DNA of 64,000 bases from Mobula hypostoma. Its lineage: Eukaryota. Numbering within the stretch: position 1 is the first letter of the stretch; every line of letters starts with the position of its first letter. The notes beneath the pieces were generated by a model that had not been told where the DNA came from, ran no database searches, and saw only the letters and a program-made list of their open reading frames with translations. The DNA lies in NCBI RefSeq assembly GCF_963921235.1, contig NC_086097.1, positions 51,462,001 to 51,526,000 on the forward strand. Reading direction: 5' to 3'. Positions 13,158-25,419 of the stretch are shown here, piece after piece. The position numbers were made by a program, and so were the translations under genes.

Positions 13158-13652
13158 ATTCCCTGTCACGCCCACTGTTGAACTTGAACGCACGCGAGGT
13201 CATTACCCGTGCGTCATCCATGACAGCGCAGGAAGAAGATCAACTCCTTGAGCTTGCAAATGATGGTGGGCTGAAAAGTATGTTTGACATAACATCCCTG
13301 CTGGCATTCTGGATCAAAGTCAAGGCTGAATATCCTGAGATAGCCACGAAAGCACTGAGAATGTTGCTTCCATTTCCAACATATCTCTGCAATGAATGCA
13401 ACGAAAACTAAATTGCAGAACAGACTGGACATAAGGAACCCCGTTCGAGTATCGCTGTCTCCCATCACTTCTCGATGGGACCGTCTTGTTGCAGGGAAAC
13501 AAGCACAGGGCTCCCACTGATTCAGCAATATTGGTGTGTTGCAATGATTTTATATGTTCATACAGGGAAAATATGTGCTGTGTGTTTAATATCCAATGTT
13601 ACTTAAAATGTTATGATGCTATTGACTTATAAGTGACTTATGTAACCATATA

Positions 13653-15047
13653 TAGGTTTCCCCCGCCATCCGAAGGTAGAGCGTTCCTATGAAATGGTTC
13701 ATAAGCCTGAATGTCGTAAAGCGAAGAAGCAATTACCATTTATTTATCTGGGAAAATTTTGTGAGCGTTCGCAGACCCAAAAATAACCTACCAAATCATG
13801 CCAAATAACACATAAAACCTAAAATAACAGTAACATATAGTAAAAGCAGGAATGATATGATAAATACACAGCCTATATAAAGTAGAAATAATGTATGTAC
13901 AGTGTAGTATCACTTACAAGAATCGGGAAGACAGCTTGCCGAGCACACTGATGATGGTGTGTTAGACTGAGTCGTCGGAGGTTGGGTTGGTGCAGTGGCC
14001 CCCACCCTCCAGGCAGCGAACCGATACCGATCCATAGAGAATGCAGGGGTACAGCGGTAGCCAGGAGGCACACAGCACGTCTTTAAGAAAAAAGCCAAAA
14101 TAAATATGCTAATTAATTACGTGCCAGGCAGCACCTAATTAATTAGCATGTTTTATTTCGGTTTTTTTCTTAAAGATGTGCTGTGTGCCTCCTGGCTACT
14201 GCTGCATTCTCCGCAAATCGGTATCTGTCCGCGGCCTGGAGGTTGGGGTGGTGGGACACTGAGGTGTCATCTCATCGTCGTCTGTTTCCATTAGGGCAGG
14301 CAGCTCATCTCCTCCTATGACTGCCCGCCTCGATGTCAAAGGTCGAGGTTCGTCGTCTGCTGTGGCTGATGTGGAAGGCTTGCTTGACTGCTCAGCCTCG
14401 CGCATTTTTCTATCATACAGTTCTTTGTAAGCACTCAAACCATCTTGCAAATATGCCCTAAACCGACGTACCCTTTCAAAATTAAAGTCGTACTTTATTA
14501 TTGCAGCAAAAATCTCACACAGTTGCTTCACGTTCAGTTCCTGGACGACTTCACTTTCGCTACTGAATTCGGTTTCAATTGTTATCCTTTCCTCTTCCAA
14601 TTGCATCAGCTCTTCATCTATCAGTTCTTGATCATGGGGATGCCAAAACCTCTTCAACATTATCTTCGTCAACTTCCACAAGCCAAACTCACTTTGTTCT
14701 TACTTCATTCACCACGATCGAAACACTTAATTATGTCTAGTTTTACGTTAAATGTAACACCCTTACGAGCTCTTTTGGGCTTTTCCGATACCTTAGAACT
14801 CATCTTGCTAACGGCTGCTCACAGGCACGTGTTTAAGCAATGCCGGCTAGAATGCTGTTCCGAATCTGGGGGAGAGCGGCTGCTCGGGGCGCGTGCTGAT
14901 TTTTTATCGCGCATTGTTTTTTCTCGCACACTGCCTTTCCTCGTAACAGTGAAAACACCTTCTGTTAGCGAAAACAGGTAACTAATGTAGGTCTTTAGTA
15001 ACAGTGAGGTTTCGTAAAGCAAACGTTCGAAAAGCCGGGGACACCTG
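13653..15047 (-). mobile_element. Internally deleted Tigger/pogo-like DNA transposon
   Basis: TA-flanked ends TAGGTTTCCCC.. / ..GGGGACACCTG; N-terminal CENP-B-type HTH remnant (MSSKVSEKPKRARKGVTFNVKLDIIKCFDRGE, ~14803-14710) joined to a Tigger-like C-terminal peptide (ELIDEELMQLEEER..LSAYKELYDRK, ORF 14196-14681); no DDE core is visible. Confidence 0.8.
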
Positions 15048-16682
15048 TAACAATTACAGCACGGAAACAGGCCATCTCTGCCCTCCTAGTCCATGCCGAA
15101 TGCTACTTTCACCTAGTCCCACCGACCTGCACGCAGCCCATAACCCTCCATTCCTTTCCTGTCCATATACCTATCCAATTTTTCTTTAAATGATAATATC
15201 GAACCTACCTCTACCACTTCTACTGGAAGTTCGTTCAACACTTACTTCAAGCTCCCCTGTCCTCCCCTGATAATTGACTTATCACTATATTCATCTGAAG
15301 AAAATATGCGCTGTGTGTTTACTATTAAATTCATTAGATAAACCCTTTTAGAAACGATATACCAATATTCTGGTCGTGGTTAACCGCCCCCCAACCCCGA
15401 ACAAAATCGCGAAAAACGATTTGCAGAAAAAAAATTGGCACGTACACGCATGCGACCTGGTGCCTGCGCAAGGCTTCATGGTCATGGTAGTTTTCCCTCG
15501 GGGTAAACACAACGTATTTGACTGTTACTCTTGTCCGTTGACAACCCTACACACCCCCCCCACCCCCGGTCGGCCGGGCCGCAACAATATTGTCAATATT
15601 AAACCGGTCTGCAGTGCAAAAAAGGTTGGGGACCCCTGATGTAGACAATATCCATTCCTGGTAACTTCCTCTAAAAACTCTATAAGATTAGTTAGACATG
15701 AGCTACCATGCATAAAGCCGTGTTGATTATCCCTAATCAATCCCTGTCTATCCAAATACTTATATATTCAGTACTTTAAAATACTTTCCAAAAACTTTCC
15801 CATTACTGATGTCTGGGTCACTGGCCTATAATTTCCTGGTTATTCTTAAAGCCTCTCTTAAACAACAGAACAACATTAGCTGTCCTCCGATCCTCTGACA
15901 CCTCACCCGTGGCTAAATATGTTTTATATACTGTATCTCTGCTAGGGCCCCTACAATTTCTGACTATATAGTCCGAGGGAACACCTTGTCAGGCCCTGGG
16001 GATTTATCCACCCTAATTTGTTTTAAGGCAGCAAACAACAGAACCTCTCTAATCTGTATAGAGTCCATAACTTTGCCTCACTTATAGACTGTCCATCTCC
16101 TGAGTAAAATCTTATCAAAACTTAACCAGAGACTCATTTATCCTACTATTTGTTGATCTAACCAAACCGATATGATAACCTCATACATATTAGTTTTTAT
16201 TTTCATAACCTTTGATCAAAAAGACCTACAACATAACCTGAATGAATGAAAACTATAAAATAAAAAGCTTTGAAAATGCAAAGCTGTAAATCAACGAACA
16301 CACAAGAAAAATGAATTATGAGATCATAGCATGTAAAATTTACCTGAAAACCTTTGAATTCTAGATTTGAGAAAAATCACTGTATACTTGTACATAAATG
16401 CATAATCCACAGCATCTACAATCTTAACATTAGAACTTCTATCTCCTGATATATTAAAATAAAGTTTATTAATAAATAAAGAATAAATTACTTAAAGATT
16501 TTATTTTGAATTCATAAAACTATAGAATGTTAAAGCACAGAAATTGGCCATTTATATCATTGTTTATGCCATTACTTATCTAAAGAGCCTAATACAACCT
16601 ATGTAGCTATTAACTTCTTATGCCTAATGTTATTTTGCAGTTTGCTTTGTGGAATCAATATCTATTGTAATAAACAACTTAC

Positions 16683-16794
16683 AGTGGTGCAAGTGGAAAT
16701 CATTTGGTGCTTTGGCAGACCACAGCCTCAAAGTATTCACAGTATTGTTTAGATATCCTGGAACTGGAGTATCATATGGTATGGCAAGAACTAC
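16683..16794 (-). CDS. PYGL: Glycogen phosphorylase exon 6 ([37 protein letters not shown])
   Basis: 112 bp with CAG acceptor and GTAAGT donor; conserved [14 protein letters not shown] motif. Confidence 0.93.
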
Positions 16795-17966
16795 CTGCAG
16801 GATTAGCAGCAGAACAAAACATTACATTTTGGATGAAAGGAAGACTGTTCATTTCTGAAATTGTGGCTGTTAATTGGTGAGAGACTCTCTGAGGCTCAAG
16901 GGAAATTTAGACAGAGTATTATCAAGGCATTGCTTGATCTGACAGAGCCACATGTGTCCAAGCTTAATGAATCATCCCAGATTAAAGTAGATAAATGCTT
17001 GAAACAGAGATGGTTACAGGGTCAAAGGGAAGGAACTTCAGATTATTCAGTAAAGAACAATTACATGAATGGCTAAATTCTTTCGTTCAATGTTGTAAGA
17101 TAATCTGACATTCAGATTTTGAGCCTTTTATGAAAACCAAATTAAATTTGGACAACAAATTATTTGCAGTGCACCCTAAGCAAGCAAGGTACTTAAGAGG
17201 GGAATCCTGAAGGATTAGTATCACGCACAATTGAAAGCACCGAACAAAAATGTAAGGAACCATTTTTTGTTAAATATTAAGTACAATTTTTGAGAGTATT
17301 TTTTAGAAAATATAAATAAGATCCACACTTGACATTTGTAAAGATTAAGGTGCCAGCCTGGCATTAATTTCAACATATAGATGTACACATCCAAAGCAGT
17401 AGATTGTTCAGCCCTTCAAGTTTGTCCCACCACTTAATAAAGAACTAACTGCAATTTAGCTTCACAGTCCTTTCCACCTACAATACCTTCCAACTCTTTA
17501 TCTATCAAGCTTTAAACATTTTCAAATGCTGCTTCTGCTCCCTTTAACAGAGAAAGTTCCAAAGACAAAAGGCTTTCTGAGAGGAAAATCACCTCATCAC
17601 CATATTGAACAAATACTTGATTAATTTAAAAAAATCAATCACCTTTAGTTCTGCATTATCCTCTACCTTATCAAGACCCTTTGATATCTTATGCATTTCA
17701 AATCTTCTCACTCTTTTAATCTTCAAGACAAGGACACAAGCACAGTTTGCTTCATTACTTGAGCTGATGATGTAGCAAAGGTTCTTCATTAAGACAAGAT
17801 AGTGAGTTTCAACTTCACAGAATGGCCAGGAATGCCTGTGGTCATGCATCCTCTCCCTATTTTCTTGTTTCTTAACCACAGCTCCATCCCCATTACTTAC
17901 ATTGTTACGCAGGTAAAAATAGGAGTGGGTACATATTGTAGTGTGCTGGATGCTGAACACCAGAGC

Positions 17967-18971
17967 TATAGAAAGAAACATAGAAACATAGAAAACATAC
18001 AGCACAATACAGGCCCTTCAGCCCATAAAGTCGTGCCGAACATGTCACTACCTTAGAAATTACCAGGGTTACCCATAGCCCTCTATTTTTCTAAGCTCCA
18101 TGAACCTATCCAAAAGTCTCTTAAAAGACCCTATTGTATTCGCCTCCACCACCGTTGCTGGCAGCCCATTCCATGCACTCACCACTCTCTGCATAAAAAA
18201 CTTACCCCTGACATCTCTTCTGTACCTACTCCCAAGCACCTTAAACCTGTGCCCTCTTGTGGCAGCCATTTCAGCCCTGGGAAAAAGCCTCTGACTATCC
18301 ACACGATCAATGCCTCTCATCATCTTATATACCTCTATCAGGTCACCTCTCATCCTCTGTCTCTCCAAGAAGAAAAGGCCGAGTTCACTGTTTTCATAAA
18401 GCATGCTCCCCAATCCATGCAACATTCTTGTAAATCTCCTTTGCACCCTTTCTATGGTTTCCACATCCTTCCTGTAGTGAGGCGACCAGAACTGAGCACA
18501 GTACTCCAAGTGGGGTCTGACTAGGGTCCTATATAGCTGCAACATTACCTCTCGGCTCCTAAATTCAATTCCACGATTGATGAAGGCCAATACACCATAT
18601 GCCTTCTTAACCACAGAGTCAACCTGCGCAGTTGCTTTGAGCGTCCTATGGATTCAGACCCCAAGATCTCTCTGATCCTCCACACTGCCAAGAGTCTTAT
18701 CATTAATACTATATTCTGCCATCATATTTGACCTACTAAAATGAACCACTTCACACTTATCTGGGTTGAGCTCCATCTGCCACTTCTCAGCCCAGTTTTG
18801 CATCCTATCAATGTCCTGCTGTAACCTCTGAGAGTCCTCCACACTATCTACAACACCCCCAACCTTTGTGTCATCAGCAACCTTACTAACCCATTCCTCC
18901 ACTTCCTCATCCAGGTCATTTATAAGAATCACAAAGAATAAGAGTCTAAGAACAGATCCGAGAGGCACACC
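17967..18971 (-). mobile_element. 5'-truncated CR1 LINE, same subfamily as 1-2344
   Basis: ORFs 18069-18614 and 18654-18968 are nearly the same peptide as 1338-2255; (ATAGAAAC)n tail; possible TSD AGCTAT. Confidence 0.93.
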
Positions 18972-19099
18972 TCAGCTATGTTAAAACAAAAGCAGTACAA
19001 AATAGAAATAATCTTACAATCAACAAATCAAAGTTCTTCAGGCGTGTCAAGTCCAGTCAAAAATACTGGTAAGCCATTAAGCAGCTTACAAGAGAAGTA

Positions 19100-20760
19100 G
19101 ATTTCAAGAGAAAGATGGTTAGGGCATTTAGAGATCAAGTGGGAGGAAGTGAAGGGTCTCCTAAGGAGTATTAAGGTGGATAAGTCCCCAAGGCCTGATG
19201 GGATTTACCCCAGGTTATTGAAGGAGGCAAGAGATGAGATTGCTGAGACCTTGACCAATATCTTTATGTCCTGTCTAGCCACAGGTGAAGTCCCAGAACA
19301 CTGGTGAGAGGCTAATATTATACCTCTATTTAAGAAGGGAACAATGGAAAATCCTGACAACTGCAGACCAGTGAGCCTCATATCAGATGTACGAAAATTG
19401 CTGGAGAAAATTCCTAGGGATAGGATATATGAGCATTTGGAAACCTTATTAGGGAGAGCCAGCATGGCTTTGTGTGTAGTAGATCATGCCTTACCAACTT
19501 GATTGAGTTTTTTTGACAAGTTGACAAGAGGGATTGATGAGGGTAAGGCAGTGGATGTTATCTACATGGATTTTAGTAAGGTATTTGACAAAGTCCCTCA
19601 CATGAGGCTAATCCAGAAGATTAAGGTGCATGGGATCCGCAGTGAATTGGTTGCTTGGACTCAGAACTGGCTTGTGCATAGAAGACATAGGATAATGGTT
19701 GAAGGGACTCAGTTGAGCTGGAAGTCTGTAATTAGTGGAGTTCTGCAGGGACACGTGCTGGGACCTCTGCTGTTCATAATGTATACAAATGACCTTGATG
19801 AAAATGTAGATGGGTTGGTTAGTAAATTTGTGGATGATACCAAGATTGGTGGAGTTGTGGATAGTGTAGAAGACTGGCAAAGAACAAACCACGATATAGA
19901 TCAGTTGCAGATATGTGCTGAAAAATGGCAGATGGAGTTTAACCTAGATATAAGTTCAGTGTTGCACCTCAGTAGGGCAAATGCAAGAAGACAGTACACT
20001 GTTAAGATCAAGGTCCTTAAAAGTGTTGCTGAGCAGAGAGCTCTTGGGATCCAAGTTCATAGTTCCTTGAAAGTGGCTACACAGGTTGATAAGGTGGTTA
20101 AGAAGGCTTATGGAATGCTGGTTTTTATTAGTCAAGGCATTGAGTTCAAAAGTCAAGTGGCTATGTTGCAACTTTATAAAAGTGTGGTTAGGCCACATCC
20201 GGAGTATTGCATATTGTTCTGGTCGCCCCACTAAAGGAAGAATGTTGAGGCTTTGGAAAGGGTGCAGAAGAGGTTTACCAGGATGCTGCCTAGTTTAGAA
20301 GGCATGTACTATCACGAGAGGCTGGATAAACTTGGTTTATTTTCTCTGAATTGTCAGAGGCTGAGTGGAGATCTGACCGAGGTTTACCAGACTATGAGAG
20401 GCATAGGTAGAGTGGACAGAGAGTATCTGTTTCCCAGGGTTGAAATGTCTATACTAGAGGGCATTCATTGAAGGAGAGTGGGGGTAGGTTCAAGGGAGAT
20501 GTGAGGGGTAATTTTTTTTACTCAGAGTCGTGGATGCCTGGAATGTGCTGCCTGGTATGGTGTAAGAGGCAAATACATTAGAGGCTTTTAAGAGATGTTT
20601 GGACAGGCACATGGATGTAAGGAAGATGAAGGGATATAGACATAATGTAGGTTGGAGGAACTAGTGTTTGGGTGTTTTTGATTTGCTTTTTAACTGGTTC
20701 AGAACAACACTACGCACCAAATGGCCCGTTCCTGTGCTGTACTCTTCCATATTCTATGTT
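19100..20760 (+). mobile_element. Degenerate CR1 LINE (RT plus 3' UTR)
   Basis: KSP, YMDFSK, FVDD and ERVQKRFTRML motifs in ORFs 19503-20234 and 20253-20471. Confidence 0.9.
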
Positions 20761-21151
20761 TAAAAGCCCCATGATCACCTTTGGTGCAGTTTAAGAGATA
20801 GTCCAAAGAGAAGGCTGAAGCAATTGAAATCAGGCAGCTGTATTTAGTACCTGTTCTATCTGGTACATCCAACCCAGTGAGCTTTCATGAACTACTCCAG
20901 TCTCTAGTGAAGTTATTCCCACAATATTTGGAGTTCCAGGATTTAGATTCAGTGGCATGAAGAAAGAGCTACGTATTTTCTTATCAGGATGATAAGTGAT
21001 TTGAAGGGAAATTTCAGGTGGGGTTATTCCCTTTTTCCAGCTGTCCTTATTTGTAGAGGTCGTGGTTTTGGGAGCTGACATCAAAAACCTGAATTCCAGA
21101 TGTAAGGCAATACTAGGTAGCATTTCATGAAATGAGTTATCAAGGACTCCT

Positions 21152-22660
21152 AGCACAAACAAGAGAAAATCTGCAGATGCTGGAAACTGAGCAACACACA
21201 CAAGATGCTGGAGGAACTCGGCAGGCCAGGCAGCATCTATGGAAAAATATACAGTTGTTGTTTTGGGCTGAAACCCTTTGGCAGGACTGGAAAAAAAAGC
21301 TGAGGAGTAGATTTAAAAGGTGGGGGAAGGGAGAAAGAAACACCAGGTGAAAGGTGAAACCTGATGGGGGAAGGATGAAGTAAAGATCTGGGAAGTCTGA
21401 TTGGTGAAAGAGACAGAAGGCCATGGAAGAAAGAAAAAGGGGGGGGAGGAGCACCAGTGGGAGGCAATGGGTGGGCGAGGAGATAAGGTGGAGGGAAAAG
21501 GGAAATGGTGAAGGGGGAGGGGTGGGGGCATTACCGGGAAATTTGAAAAATCGATGTTCATACCATCAGGTTGGAGGGTAGCCAAACAGAAAATAAGGTG
21601 TTGTTCCTCCAACCTAAGGGGTGGCCTCATCATGACAGTGGAGGAGGCCATGGATAGACATATCAGAATGGGAAGTGGAATTAAAATGGGTGGCCACTGG
21701 GAGATTAGATTAGATTATGAGGACACGCAGTCCTCTTTTATTGTCATTTAGTAATGCATACATTAAGAAATGATACAATATTTCTCCGGTGTGATATCAC
21801 AGAAACACAGGACAGACCAAGACTGAAAAACTAACAAAAAAACCACATAATTATAACATATAGTTACAACAGTGCAACAATACCATAACCCATGGCACAG
21901 TAAAAAAGTTCAAAGTCTCTCCAAAGTCCCACATCTCACGCAGATGGGAGAAGGAAGAAAACTCTCCCTACCATGCCCGACCACAGTCCGAGTCTGAGTC
22001 ATCCGAAAACTTCAAGCTCTGATCAGCCCTCTGACATCGAGTACCGAGCACCATCTCTGCTGAACGCTTCGACCTCAGCCTCGGTCGCCAGCAGCAGGCA
22101 AAGCCGGGGATTTTGGGGCCTTCCCTCCGGAGATTCTCAATTGCACAGTAGCAGCAGCAGCAGCGAACTGGGTATTTCAGAAATTTCTCCAGATGTTCCT
22201 CTGCTTCTCACGTCTGTCTCCATCAAATCATAATTGTGCACGGTGTCCTACTTAATAAATACGATATCATTTCACCGGAGAGCTGCTCACGCTGCTTTGC
22301 ACGGCCATCTTCTCTGCCCGCCTTCTCGCTTGTTCTGGCAGACAGAGTATAGATGCTCAGCGAAGCTGTCTCCCAATCTACGTCAGGTCTCCCCAATATA
22401 CAGGAGGCTACACCTGGAGCACCGAAGACAGTAAATGACTCCAACAGTCTTGTAGGTGAAGTGTCACCTCACTAGGAAGGACCGTTCAGGGCCCTGAATG
22501 GTAGTGAGGGAGGAGGTGTAGGGGCAGGTGTAGCACTTGTTCTGCTTGCAAGGATAGGTGCCAGAAGGGAGATCAGTGGGGAGGGACGAACAGACAAGGA
22601 AGTTGCTTAGGGAGCGATCCCTGCGGAAAGCAGAAAGTGTTGGGGGAGAGATGTGCTTGA
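21152..22660 (-). mobile_element. Penelope-like element 3' part (GIY-YIG endonuclease C-terminus plus terminal repeat), interrupted
   Basis: RLEEQHLIFCLATLQPDGMNIDFSNF peptide (ORF 21313-21651); terminus CTGCAGATGCTGG..GCTGGAGGAACTC; related to the 41-42 kb copies. Confidence 0.8.
21703..22311 (-). mobile_element. Non-coding retroposon inserted into the Penelope copy
   Basis: On the minus strand it starts AAGATGGCCG and ends ..TAATCTAATCTAATC; Penelope sequence resumes after it. Confidence 0.6.
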
Positions 22661-25074
22661 TTTTAGCTGTATTAATAGCACGTCAATGATTATTGAGGGT
22701 TAAACATGCACTGGAGGAGCAAGAGAAATGATTAATTGCTATGAAGCCTCAGAGAAGGAAGGAAATTGCCGCATATCGAAAAAGTTAGTGTGCTAAGGGC
22801 TTCAAGTGTGTTGAGTGCTAAGAGTGCTCCAGGACAGTCCTATGGTGTGAGTTCTTATATTGAAAAGGCACAGAGAAAAACAAAAACACCCAATGTCAAT
22901 GTTAAGCAATATATCTATTTTCTATCTGTCTGTATTGTATTTTGTGTTGCATGTTTACCTTGGGTAATTTGTCACATAGGCTGGGTGTGGTAAAAACAAA
23001 TGAGAATAGTTACCTCAGGAATGATTTTTTTGTTGATTGCTTATTTGGGCTCTTTGCTTAGTTACACTTAATTATGCTAATTTGAATGCTAATTACTCTC
23101 ATTTTGCTATATCTCTAATTTAGTTTCGTTAGTTTTTTATCACGATAAGATCATTTGTCTTTTCAGGTTTTGTAATGAAAGGTCGAACGTACTTTTTTCA
23201 ATGGAATTCAGTTATTTGGAAGTGCGTCATACAGTCTCTTAGTGGTTTGCTTTCAAGTAACCACTACAGTTGTACTATGTTAAACTTCATTCATAGCTCC
23301 TCAGAAAATGAAAGTTCTTGGTGGCTGCACTAAAAGTTCGACAATCTTCAGTAATGTTAAGAGGCAAAACACACTTTGGAGACTCCCTATAACAGGCATC
23401 TCACAACACAAAGAAGAATGTGTTTTACTGTTGATTGAAAAACATGAAATTTATGCTGGCTTGAAGTGTTATTCTCTGACACTCGTCTCATAAGATGACC
23501 AAACTATACTGATGGTGGCAGTGAATTTCATCATCAATGCCAGTTTCATGAAGAAGTGCTCTTGAAATAAGGAAAATGGTCCACATTTTCCAGAGTCTCA
23601 TTGCTAACCTGCCAGAATGTGGCATTTTACAGTGTGGGCAGATTGCTAGAGGACTGTTGTTTTGTGGGTATTTTATGTATGGCCCATTCTCTCATACACA
23701 TCATTGAATGAATTAACAATGACTTCTAAATCAGCCTCCAAATGCACAAACACAAATATCATCTCCAAACTGGAGCTTGATGATTAAAGTTGGAGTGACC
23801 TTAGCTATGGAGTGAATGGAATAGAAGTGATCAGAATAGAACAGATTTTCTCATTTGTCTTATAGTATAGCTCTACTGCATTGGGAAGCACGTTGAAAAC
23901 AGATGCCATACTGTGATGAGAAAGATTGGAGAGATAACATTAATCTATTTTGGAATGGTTCATTGATAGACTCTGTTAACTTCCATGCCACCATGCAGAT
24001 GAAGAATGGAAACCATTTTTTAATTCTGCCAAATTTGAGAAGGATGCTTTGTTGACAGAGTCAAAAACTTCTGAGCTAAAAAAATGTTAAACTATTAATG
24101 CTGCCCATTCATTTCTCTTAGGATTGACACAAGGTGAGGATAACATCCACTCTGCCTCTCAATGGATAGACTCCACACTGCGATTCCTTATTATCACCAG
24201 GAGGAAGCAACTGCAGAGGCTTGTGTTCCAGACAGAAGATAAAGCTCTCTGTCAATACTTTTCCTGAAAATGGTCACAGTCACTAAATATCCAAGGTCCC
24301 TGGCACATCCTCCACTTCCCAGAGGCAGGAGAAGAGACCATGAAATTGTGTTCAAAGTTCCCCTCCAAATTTAGAACTTAACAACCGAGATGGCTGTGGA
24401 CGCCGAGTCACTAAGCACATACAACACAGATTGATAGGTTTTTGAATATCAATAGAATCAAGCAATAAAGAGTTAGTACAGGAAAAAGGTGCTGAAGTGG
24501 AAGATCAGCTGCAGAATAGTCTTACTGAACAGTTGAAATGATGCCTGGGCCAAAAAAAGCCTGCTCCAACTTCTAATTCTTGTATTCAGTATCTTTTGCA
24601 CCAGGGATTTTGTGGTTCTTCAGTTGACATGCAGATTTTTCAAACTCTTGTTACCTGGGGAAGCAGTGAGACTGCACTAGTTAGTGTACAGTGGAAAGTA
24701 GTCAATTAAGGGAATTTCCTTTCAGCAGACTGCTTTTTCTACATTCATGTCGGCCCACTGGTTGCATATTTAAAGTGGAATGATCAAGAGAGATCAAGAC
24801 ATCAGAGACTGATGGATACAATTGTTCTGTGGCTATTGGTCTGTAATGCCCACACATATCCACTTCTGAGCTGCCAGATTCATTCTGACTAAATTCCATT
24901 TTAGCATGATGATAACGAAGCCTGAATTACATTCAGTTAGCGTAACAGACATGGCATCTTATTCACATGCCCAAGAGCAGGTATCTATATCAGATACTCG
25001 AGTCCGAGTTCAGTAATAGGAAAAAAAATATAAGATAGATTGAGGAAAAGATCCAAAGATATTCTCAATCTTCC

Positions 25075-25148
25075 CAAACTGTAGCATTTCATTGACTCAC
25101 TGAATCCAGCCTTTGGATTGCAGTGAGTCAATGAAATGTTACAGTTTG
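25075..25148. repeat. Near-perfect inverted repeat (hairpin with ~34-bp stem)
   Basis: CAAACTGTAGCATTTCATTGACTCACTGAATCCA-GCCTT-TGGATTGCAGTGAGTCAATGAAATGTTACAGTTTG. Confidence 0.9.
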
Positions 25149-25419
25149 TGATTGGAGGTAGCATTGTAAAGCTTAAGCCTAAGTGTCAGGAGTACCAACC
25201 ACCTCATACCCAATAGCACTGGAGTGAAAACAAGCTTTACTCGATCTTGAGGCAGAGTAGGAGCAGTAAAGAAGGAATATACAGAAGAACAACATAACTG
25301 TGGGGAATCTAGAATTAAACAGGATAGTTTCATGTTAAAAGATGCTCTATAAAAGTGAGGCGAGGAGAGATTTCTTCCCTCTTCCGAGTGTCATTGTTTG
25401 TAATTCTCTACCCCAGCGT

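Larger units (their letters stand above)
10288..15638 (+). mobile_element. Non-autonomous hAT (Charlie/Buster-type) DNA transposon carrying nested insertions
   Basis: TIRs CAGCGGTCCCCAACC / GGTTGGGGACCCCTG; 8-bp TSD ATGTAGAC (10280-10287 and 15639-15646); transposase C-terminal dimerisation remnant FWIKVKAEYPEIATKALRMLLPFPTYLC..RWDRLVAGKQAQGSH* at ~13220-13520. Confidence 0.92.
9120..16110 (-). mobile_element. Old CR1 LINE split by a hAT insertion (parts ~9120-10287 and ~15639-16110)
   Basis: 3' tail at 9120 and GVPQGSVL at ~10.1 kb; the VYMDFS segment is interrupted at the ATGTAGAC TSD and the QHGF..CLTNLIEF segment continues at 15.65-15.75 kb. Confidence 0.85.

Noticed and set aside
14196..14981. 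161-aa and 178-aa ORFs as host genes
   Set aside because: They lie within TA-flanked Tigger-like termini; one is a transposase remnant and the other its antisense shadow.
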